Assembly (NCBI RefSeq): GCF_001194135.2
Contig: NC_068996.1
Location: 2,993,073-3,027,212 of the forward strand
DNA length: 34,140 nucleotides
Direction of reading: 5' to 3'
From: Octopus bimaculoides
Lineage: Eukaryota
Under the pieces are notes generated by a model. The model searched no databases. It was not told the DNA's origin and saw nothing but the letters and a program-made list of their open reading frames with translations. The translations under genes were made by a program, and so were the position numbers. This document shows, piece after piece, positions 12,546-22,082 of this stretch (the stretch's first letter is position 1; each line of letters starts with the position of its first letter).

Positions 12546-12595
12546 GTCTCCTGACGGACCGTTTCATGGTTTGTCGACCGCTCCTCAGACAAGCC
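12546..12595 (-). ncRNA. Minimal type I hammerhead-ribozyme-like motif, decayed
   Basis: Minus strand GGCUUGU-CUGAGGA-GCGGU(CGACAA)ACCAU-GAAAC-GGUCC-GUC-AGGAGAC: complete core, GUC triplet, palindromic short stem III; stem II 4 of 5 and stem I 5 of 7 paired counting G-U. Confidence 0.55.
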
Positions 12596-13181
12596 GTAAG
12601 AGTTTACTCATATTCGTATCTGTATATTTTCTACTCCCCTCCCCCTCTCTCTCTCTCTCTTGTAATTTGAAGCTTCTGTATAAAGATAGGAACTACTCTC
12701 TGACGATGATACAAATTCCCATCACTGGAATTGTTGTAACAAAAATAATGAATTGTATTGACAAATTGCATGTTTGCCGATTACTTTCTTTACATGAATT
12801 ATCTTGGTAAAACAACTTAGTATACCATTCATTATTAGTAAAAATGGGAATTTTAAAGTGAGGCGACGAAATTATTGGATTCGAAGCAGCTGTTTATAAA
12901 TATACACTTATCTCGTTTTTTTTTTTTTATATGAAATGTTCACATTTGAGAGGCAGTTGGTGTTTCGTAAGCAGCGATAGCTCACCGATCTGTTTTGTAT
13001 ATACACCCATCCATCCATCCACCCATCCATCCATACGTCCGTCCATCGATCCATCCATCCGTCCGTCCGTCCACCAATCCATCCATCCATCCATCCAACC
13101 ATCCGTCCATCCGTCCATTTATCCACCCATATGTGTGTGTGTGTTGGGAGAGCGAAAGAAACAGAGAGCGAAATAGACAGA

Positions 13182-13224
<43 letters not shown>

Positions 13225-13619
13225 AGAGAGAGAGAGAGATAAAGAGAGAGAGAGAGAGAGAAGTCACACATAGTTAATGTATTGGATGGTTAGTATTAAA
13301 ATGATGTTAGTGTTATCCAAATGCTGCCAATAATCTTACTTTATTTGTTGCCGATTATATATTAACCTATGTCAGATCTTGTAAAGGAGATAGAACTATG
13401 ATCAAAGGTTGCTTAAACCATGACCCTACTGTCTCTTGTTTGCTGGAATGATTTACTCTGCAATATCCAATGCAACTGTCTTAAGCCAGAAGAGTGTAAA
13501 TTGATAGGCATTTGGCTATTACTTTCCAGCTGACAAAACAACCACGGAAAGTTTCCATAATGTTGTTAATAATAATTTCTTCCAGCTCCACGACTTATTT
13601 CGTAAAGGAGGTTATAACG

Positions 13620-13701
13620 TTCCTTGCCTGTGGAGACATCGACCGAGTTTCGCCTATTCGTTGGTAAAAGGTTCATCAGTTGTTTCTTTGAAAGGCAAGA
13701 A
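13620..13701 (-). ncRNA. Type I hammerhead-ribozyme-like motif with extended stem I, decayed
   Basis: Minus strand UUCUUGCCU-UUCAAAGAAACAA-CUGAUGA-ACCUUUU(ACCAACG)AAUAGGC-GAAAC-UCG-GUC-GAUGUCUCCAC-AGGCAAGGAA: complete core, stem II 5 of 7, 9-bp distal stem I, imperfect proximal stem I. Confidence 0.6.
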
Positions 13702-13892
13702 TGTTAGAAATCTCCATGATATAATTTTAATTAGTCGACAAACTACGAATTGGATTAATTCGTTCGTTTGTAAATATTTTATTTCATTAACAACATTTCG
13801 GAAGATGTATTAACAATACAATATTCGTTTATGATCCTTTCTTATTCTTATCTTTCACACAGATTATATATTATACAAGATAATAATTTATC

Positions 13893-14050
13893 ATTTACTT
13901 GTTTCAGTCATTGAACTGAATCATGTTGGAGCCTTACCGAATAAATTGACTCTGGCTCGTATTCAATCAGTCTCTTTCTTCAAGTGCTTGGTTAGGGGCG
14001 AGTAAACAGCTCATCACCGGTTATCAAGTCGGGGAGAACAAAAACAAACA
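13893..14050. mobile_element. Decayed SINE fragment (TTTACTTGTTTCAGTCATT family)
   Basis: Resembles an abundant octopus SINE recalled from memory (tttacttgtttcagtcatttgactgcggccatgctggagc...); not database-verified. Confidence 0.5.
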
Positions 14051-14082
14051 CAAAGATAAAAACATGCATATATATATGTGTA

Positions 14083-14135
<53 letters not shown>

Positions 14136-14567
14136 NNNNNNNNNNNNNNNNNNNNNNNNNNNNNNNNNNNNNNNNNNNNNNNNNNNNNNNNNNNNNNNNN
14201 NNNNNNNNNNNNNNNNNNNNNNNNNNNNNNNNNNNNNNNNNNNNNNNNNNNNNNNNNNNNNNNNNNNNNNNNNNNNNNNNNNNNNNNNNNNNNNNNNNNN
14301 NNNNNNNNNNNNNNNNNNNNNNNNNNNNNNNNNNNNNNNNNNNNNNNNNNNNNNNNNNNNNNNNNNNNNNNNNNNNNNNNNNNNNNNNNNNNNNNNNNNN
14401 NNNNNNNNNNNNNNNNNNNNNNNNNNNNNNNNNNNNNNNNNNNNNNNNNNNNNNNNNNNNNNNNNNNNNNNNNNNNNNNNNNNNNNNNNNNNNNNNNNNN
14501 NNNNNNNNNNNNNNNNNNNNNNNNNNNNNNNNNNNNNNNNNNNNNNNNNNNNNNNNNNNNNNNNNNN

Positions 14568-14631
<64 letters not shown>

Positions 14632-14654
14632 CTTGTATACACATACATATGACG

Positions 14655-14780
14655 AGCTTCCACACGCATTCTGTCTACCAAATTCTTCTCACAAACCATT
14701 GGTCGACTTAGAACTATAATAGAACACATTTGCCTATGTTACTAAATTGTGGAACTGAACCCAAACTATTTGCTTGCAAT
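14655..14780 (-). mobile_element. SINE family C fragment
   Basis: GTCTACCAAATT...CACAA...TTGGTCG...CTATAATAGAACACATTTGCC...GTGGAACTGAACCC; related fragments at about 28090-28200 and 31835-31950. Confidence 0.5.
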
Positions 14781-16671
14781 TATTAGTTGACATTATCTTA
14801 GGCTAAAAAACATTAATTCTGATTGGAAATACTTCGAGGAGTTCTCAAATATAACACTGAATCGCAAAATTTAAATCACAAAATTCAAGCTTCAAAGGCA
14901 TTTTATGTATTTTGTGAAAGACATTCATTTTATAAGTTTGGAGGCATCACCTGGATGTAGAGTGGACTTGTTATGAAAATTGAAGACGATATTGAAAAAG
15001 TGAATAACTCACAATATTTGTTTTCCATCGCTCATAACCAAAGCTATAAAATCATTAGGTGTAGAGTTTCTTGAGTTTGGGAACGTTATGATCGTCACAA
15101 CTTTGAGATGAGAATGGAAAAATAAAACTTCCTGTAACTTTTCATTAGTCAAATGATTCCCATGAATAGCATAGCTTCCATGTTCATGTGATGGCTTCTC
15201 TTGTTTTGCCCGTGGTCAACTTTGATCGAACAAACCTATGATAAAAGGAATTTCAGTTCTGACAAACTATTATTTTTTTCAGATATCATGTGACTACATT
15301 GTGTACTATAATATGTTCTCTTTCTAAGTTCGTAGGTGTGATATGAGAATGATATAGTTGCTGTAGAAGCTTCCCCTTTGACATGCATCGTTTCTATGCA
15401 GTATAGTGTATGAGAGTCGTGGTCAGAGCCAAATCAACATGGCGGAAGCCATCATCCCTGATTAAAAATTTCGTTATGCAAAGTAAGTAAAATGAAATAG
15501 TTCGACATGGAGTCGAAACACAGGCAAGTCTCACTAACGGTTTGATACCATTGTAGAGGTTTAGCATCAAATTAGCTCACGAGCCAGTAACAAAGCTTTT
15601 ATGTGGTTGTTTCATCTGTTAGAAGCAGCTGCAAAATCTCTTTCAAATTATACTGCCAATTTAGAAAAGGGAAGGACACACTGGATAATGCGAATCTAAG
15701 CATTTACAGTGGTGGTGGGCAAGGAAATTAGACGATTAGACCGATTTTATATTCGAATCAAAATATAGTTGAAAGCTCAAAACAAAAAAAAAATGTAATC
15801 TAATAATAAACTAACACCAGGAACGACGGGAAAGTAATTTCCTCTTTGCTGAAAGATGACCGATATTCAGAGTCAAAAATTATTTGTTTAGCCCCACCCA
15901 CGTCAATCTTGACTGATTTAGAAAGAAAAGATGCTCCAAATTTTTTTTCCCAGATAGAGTTTAACCAGGATTATCTAATGTAACTTCACATTTATTCCCA
16001 TAGAGAGAAAGGGGATTTGAAAGGAACCTAGCTGTGCTTTTTCTAGCACATCAAGTAATCACATAGAGACTTTCTCGTTAGTCTGCAGTCAAAATTTTAA
16101 TTTAAATCCATTGATAACAAATAGAAAAAGAGGAACAGAGCTTACGTCACTCCTACGTTTGTCTGAGATTTAATAAGAAAATCCAACTATGGTAGTCACG
16201 GAAATATTTTCATCTTGAAGATGAAATATTGGAACTTGAAACATTGATGGATCAATGTATTTTACTGTTGTTGAAAGGACACGAGGGTCGGATAACGAAA
16301 TATGAAAACATTGAAATTAAGAGACAAGACCACGTTTACAATATCATATGTTAAGGAAAAGCAAAAACAAAAAAGTTGCCTAACCATGCAAGCTCAGCAA
16401 GCGAAATATATGCCTGGAAGTGTCTGATTGTTTTACATACCCACACACTCATTCATATACACATACATACATATATACATATATACATACATGCATGCAT
16501 AAACACAACATGCACACATACATATATACATATACATACATGCACACTTTCATACACGCGCGAACACGCGCACACAGAGACAAATATATAATATATTTAT
16601 AACACACACACACACACACACACACACATATGATGTATATATTTGTATATGAATGTATATGTTTGTGTCTA

Positions 16672-16985
16672 TCCTGTCCCTTGACTGTGTGGTTGTTTGG
16701 GTATCCATTGATGACATAGCACTAGATTTCATCATCTCTCTCTTGGTCTTTTGCTGCCCTCCGTTAGTCGGTGAAATTGAAGTCTGTCCACTTTTCCCTT
16801 GCTCTTGTCCACCTTCTACTGTTCCTTCTAGGATTGTTTTTGCTAGGCTGAAGCTTCTTGTGACACACATTTCAATATCCGTGTTTTTACAATTGTTAGC
16901 AGATACCTGTGTGGTCCAATATTCTGGGTTATTCTCATTCTTACTTCGTTATTTGAGAGTTTGGAAAGTCACTCTTCAAAGTCAC
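16672..16985 (-). mobile_element. RTE-clade LINE, 3' end fragment
   Basis: Minus strand gives SNNEVRMRITQNIGPHRYLLTIVKTRILK, then VTRSFSLAKTILEGTVEGG (16809-16847), matching the RTE C-terminal pattern LKWYGHV.R...LAKTILQGTV.GGR; frameshifted. Confidence 0.75.
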
Positions 16986-17075
16986 AAACAACAATTATTC
17001 TAACACATATATAAGTGCATACATATACTCATATATATATGTATATTTGTGTAAGTGTCTGTGTTGTTATGTATA

Positions 17076-17502
17076 TTAGAATACCGAACACTGCCTTATT
17101 GGCTATAGGAGATCCTCTCATATTTGTGCTTGGTGTATAAAAGCAGACACATAGATGGTAGCAGACGAGAACCGTCTAAAATGGGCGCCGGAACTCTTAT
17201 ATCACTTGACTTCATTCTGCTGAAAATCATCATTGGGAACCGTCCGGTCACCAGATGCCAATCAAATCTCGCTGCTACGATATATCGAATATCAGCATTT
17301 GTTGTAGTAGTAAGATTTGACTGGCGTTCGGTGACCGGACGCCTCTCAATGATGACTTTCAGTGGAATGAAACCATGTGATATGGGAATTCCAGCGCCCA
17401 TGTTGTGAAATTCTCGTCTGCTACGATTTGCGCGTGCTTTTATGCATTAAGCGCCCATGAGAGGATCTTTCAAGGCAAATGAGGCTGTGTTCGGTGTTCT
17501 AA
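17076..17502. repeat. 427-bp imperfect palindrome (fold-back element / long-TIR MITE or hairpin-RNA locus)
   Basis: Arms 17076-17281 and 17301-17502 are reverse complements around a loop of about 19 nt. Core 17181-17280 versus 17302-17401 aligns without gaps with 21 mismatches. Ends TTAGAA...TTCTAA. Confidence 0.95.
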
Positions 17503-17994
17503 CAGGACATCAGAGTTAAGTTGGATTGAAAGATTACTGTCGGTAGTAATACTGCTCCAGTCACTAATAATTAAGGTTCATTAGTGCATTTGTCTGTCTA
17601 AATGTGTTTGTGTTATATATTCATGTTTGTATAATAAGAATCTATAAGTAATATTGATAGAGAGAAAGAGAGAGAGAGTGGGAGAGAGGCGGGGAGAAAG
17701 TAAGAGAAAGGGGAGAGATATTGGATATTCTTTCTCTCTGTCGATATTACACACGCGCACACATACGCTCACACACACACACGCACACACACACACATAT
17801 TATATATCCTACATATATCATGTATATATATAGATATTCGTTCCATAATTTTTTCTCTTTTTTTAAATAATTTTCACTGATTTTCCAGTTTCTTATTTGT
17901 TTCAATTTCTTGGATTCTTTCAATTTTTACCCCCTTTTTTTTTGCTTGCTGTCTTGCTGTTGAAGTGTCTGTTGTAGTGTCTTCCTGCCAACAT

Positions 17995-17996
17995 TT

Positions 17997-18034
<38 letters not shown>

Positions 18035-18105
18035 TTCCTTCCTTCCTTCCTTCCTTCCTTCCTTTCTTTCTTTCTTTCTTTCTTTCTTCCTTCCTTCTTT
18101 CCTTC

Positions 18106-18142
<37 letters not shown>

Positions 18143-18185
18143 TTCTTTCCTTCCTTTCTTTCTTTCTTTCTTTCTTTCTTGCTTG

Positions 18186-18248
<63 letters not shown>

Positions 18249-18256
18249 TACGCGTG

Positions 18257-18330
<74 letters not shown>
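17995..18330. repeat. (TTTC)n/(TTCC)n followed by (TCTA)n
   Basis: Seen directly. Confidence 0.95.
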
Positions 18331-18331
<1 letters not shown>

Positions 18332-18368
18332 GTCAGTTTGTCTCTGTGTGCATACATAATCTATGTTT

Positions 18369-18726
18369 GTGGCTCTCATGGCTTCTGATCTTGAGCGGAA
18401 GTAGTTGGGGAGCATCATAGTCATGTGTTGAGAGGAATTCTTTGGGCTTTGAATAATTCACCTTTGGAAACATGGGTGTTTTGCTCAACATCCTTAAGCA
18501 AACCTTATTCAGGGACCTTTCGAGCGGGATGGGCTACTCGTCCTGATTAAAATTCTAACTGGGCCCCACCTGCGAGGCCATGCGCTGTTTATCTTTATAT
18601 GAGATCACCATGTCGCGCACATATGCCTGGTGTACCCTTATCAGACGGGTAGTCATGATGGGTATAATGGGCTTCATATACTTGTACCCCAGTGTCACTT
18701 TGATGGCACGCACTGCTCTCTCACTC
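18369..18726 (+). mobile_element. Non-coding interspersed repeat ending in an (AAT)n tail
   Basis: GC-richer unique-looking block between (TCTA)n and (AAT)n; resembles an abundant octopus repeat recalled from memory. Orientation inferred from the tail. Confidence 0.55.
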
Positions 18727-18797
<71 letters not shown>

Positions 18798-18830
18798 TAA
18801 TGATAATAATAATAATAATAACAATAATAA

Positions 18831-19043
18831 TTTCTGCTATAGGCACAAGGCCAGAAATATTTGGAGAAAAAGCTAGGCGATTAAATTGACCCCAGGGCTC
18901 GACTGGTAAATATTTCATCGACATCAAAAAGATTGAGTGCGAAGTTGACCCCTATGGAATTTAAACTCAGAGTGTGAAGGCGGAAGAAATGTCGATAAGC
19001 GTTTGGTTCGGCGTGCTAAACGGTTTGCCAGCTGGCGGCCTTA
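18831..19043 (-). mobile_element. tRNA-derived SINE family B
   Basis: Colinear with 20287-20491; head AAGGCCGCCAGCTGGCAAACCGTTTAGCACG, B-box-like GAGTTTAAATTCC, (ATT)n tail. Confidence 0.75.
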
Positions 19044-19098
19044 CTGATGATGACGATGACGACAACGATGACGACGACAACAACAATAATAATAATAG

Positions 19099-20160
19099 AC
19101 AAGATTAAATGGCGAGAACGTCATTAAAGTCATAAATACATGTGCTATGGCTATATTGAGACAGTTTGCTCCTTTCGGAAAAGGACAAAGGTTGAGATAC
19201 AGAACTTGGGTAGAAGAACTGGAAAACGGTTCACAATGCACAACACACACCACCCTAAATGTAATACCGACCGACTCTACCTCTCAAGGAAAGGTGACAG
19301 AGGATTTCTAAACGTAGAATACACTTTTAGTACTGCGATAATGAGTTTGAAAAGTTACGTTGTGCAGAGTAAAGAAAGAATATTATCGGCAGCCAGAAAA
19401 AAAAACCCAAAAGTGATTGAAACAGTGGGAGAATTCAAAACGAAAAGTAAGAACAACAGAACAAAGAAAAGGAAAGAAATGGAACTATATAGCCAATTCA
19501 TACAACAAACTGAGAATGTCAGAAATAAAGATCGCTGGCTAATTATCTCTGCTTAGGAACAAGTTCTTGGAACAAACTTGGCAAAAGCAAAGATCGACAA
19601 AACCCAGCAAATGTAGAATCTGCATGAAAGGAGAGGAATGCACCAGTTATCTTTTGAGTTAGTGAAGTGCACTAAAACATAAAGAATATAAATGAAGACA
19701 TAAATGCATAAACAAAAGAGTGCATTTGGACGTTAACCGAGTGTCAACGGAAAAGTGGTTTGAATAGGAACCAAAGACTGTGATAGAAAATGAGAATTAT
19801 AAGGTCTTCTGAGATTTCTCCATGAAGATTGATAATTCTATTGATGCAAAAAGACCTGATATGATCATTGAGGACAAAATAAACAAAACGGGTACGATCA
19901 TAATTTCTGTAATTCCTTACGAAAGCAGAGCCGGTACCTCAAGAGATTGAAACAATTAAGAAATATCAGGGTGTAGCCAGAGAACTGAGGAAACTGTGGA
20001 AGACCAAGACAGCAATTATTCCTGTTGTAATTGGTGTATTTGGCACGACACCCAAAATGCTGCCTAAACGACTGAAAGAAACAGGAATTGAAACTCGCAT
20101 TGTCGACCTGCAGAATCCCAAGAAGATACTTGAGATTTGATGACACTTGTCGTTACCAAA
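19099..20160 (+). mobile_element. 5'-truncated R4/Dong-like (RLE-type) non-LTR retrotransposon, pseudogenised
   Basis: RLNGENVIKVINT, HHPKCNTDRLYLSRKGDRG, zinc knuckle KCRIC (19612), restriction-like endonuclease AKRPDMII (19852-19860), KYQGVARELRKLWK...IIPVVIGVFG; several stops and frameshifts. Confidence 0.85.
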
Positions 20161-20229
20161 CAAATAAATAAAATATCTTCTAACTAAATTACTAAATTAG
20201 CATGCAAGTGCGTAATAATAATAATGATG

Positions 20230-20267
<38 letters not shown>

Positions 20268-20286
20268 AAAAAAAAAATAATAATAG

Positions 20287-20594
<308 letters not shown>

Positions 20595-20833
20595 AATATT
20601 TTCTTTATTAAGTACTGAATGTCGAAGTGATACAGAAAAATAAGAAGTAACATTAGACAGTGGACTTACAAGGGTATGGGGGTTAAGATGGAGAAGTTAT
20701 AAAAAGAAGATGATAAGAATGAAGGACGTTGTACAATATGCCATTGGGCGAATTAAATATATATAAAATACAAAAAATTATGTGGAAATTGCTGAAAATG
20801 TATGATAAAATACACAATAATTAAAACAAAATA

Positions 20834-22082
20834 TTAGGTTACAAAGAAGGACCAGTTGCATTTAAGATGAGAAAGAAGTAATACTTGTCTGGTCTGAATT
20901 GATATGTTTAATCAAAATGATATTTCTCTTCATTATTGATAACATAATCCCATCTATTTAGCAAATTGTTTGATTCCTCAGTTGTACAATTCTTCAGGTA
21001 TCGAAGCAAAGAAACGCTTAATATCATTTTTAACCTTTTCACAATGAACAAACACTTTTCCATCTAGATAATGTCACAACAATCGGAAATGATGATAGAC
21101 AGAACAAGGTCAAGGAAATATGGAGGTTAAGGCAAAAATTCTACATTTAGTGTCATAATTTTTTCCTGACTGACTTGGGCAATATGTGGTCTTGCATTAT
21201 TGTATAAGAGCAACACTCCTTTAGGGTTGACCGATGATTGTTACTTTTCTCTGAAATATATTGTAGAATGCTTCCAGTTGACGACAATACTTCCCCTTAT
21301 CAACTGTTTTACTTTGATTTATTACTTCGTGATTTACAACATCCTTCATATCCTATTAAAACACAGCATAATTATTTTTAGATGGTGTTCTGTGTTGGGG
21401 ATGGTTTATCCTTTTTCATTCGATGCTGACCATTGCCTTTTTCGTTGGATGTGATTTTAGAGAACTCACGTTTCATTACTTGTGATGACTCTACCCTGGA
21501 AAAGTTTGTTAGCAAGTCTAGTTTTCAATGACGAGTAAGATGATTACTCTTTAATTAAGTTGAGAAGCAGTCAGCTGATAAGTGGCTCAGTGTCCAAGTT
21601 TAGTCCCTTTTCCTAGTTCCCCAAAGTGTTTTATGATCGAAGTGTAACTGTTTTGTTAATTCTCATGCAGTTTGTTTTGGATTTTCCGCAAATACAACTT
21701 TCAGAAGCTCAATACTGGCAGAACTTGATCGTCCATATCAAGGGAAATCTGCAGAAGAAAAATTTCCCTTGTGAAACCACCGTTGGCGTGTCTGGAAACT
21801 TAAAGCTTCATTTCCGTTGGCACAACAAATATCTTTTGCTGCTTCCATTGCTAAAGAGCCTTTTTCGAGTTCATACAGCATGGAGTGTCTAATATGGGTC
21901 TGATCTAAAACCCTTTTAAAAGATAAAATCGATACGATGCTAACCACTGTAGTTTAAAGTAATGTACAAAGAAAGAAGAAGCAACATTAAAATGTAAAAA
22001 TCAATGGAGGGTTTTTCTTTATTGAAAGATACCTTCAAAGTGATCACGTCAAAAATGCAACATGGCTTTCTTTCACACTTAA
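20834..22082 (-). mobile_element. Full-length decayed mariner (Tc1/mariner) DNA transposon, 1249 bp
   Basis: TA at 20832-20833 and 22083-22084; decayed TIRs of about 30 bp (TTAGGTTACAAAGAAGGACCAGTTGCATTT versus TTAAGTGTGAAAGAAAGCCATGTTGCATTT); transposase remnants inside. Confidence 0.85.
20925..21920 (-). pseudogene. Mariner transposase pseudogene
   Basis: HIRHSMLYELEKG...QRWFHKGNFS (N-terminal HTH), LLYNNARPHIAQV (for HDNARPH), PPYFLDLVLS (for PPYSPDLAPS), HYLDGKVF; many stops. Boundaries approximate. Confidence 0.85.

Noticed and set aside
13908-14001. Possible FGF exon 2 (TTTCAG|...VIELNHVGALPNKLTLARIQSV...|GTAAAC)
   Set aside because: The L-E-L motif is one residue out of register, the YLxMN motif is absent, and the DNA matches a SINE fragment.
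16653-17003. 116-aa hydrophobic plus-strand ORF
   Set aside because: Antisense of the RTE fragment.
17096-17408. Mirror-image ORFs on both strands
   Set aside because: Consequence of the palindrome; no recognisable protein.
21738-21771. 9-bp stem AAGGGAAAT/ATTTCCCTT
   Set aside because: Short, inside the mariner coding remnant; compatible with chance.
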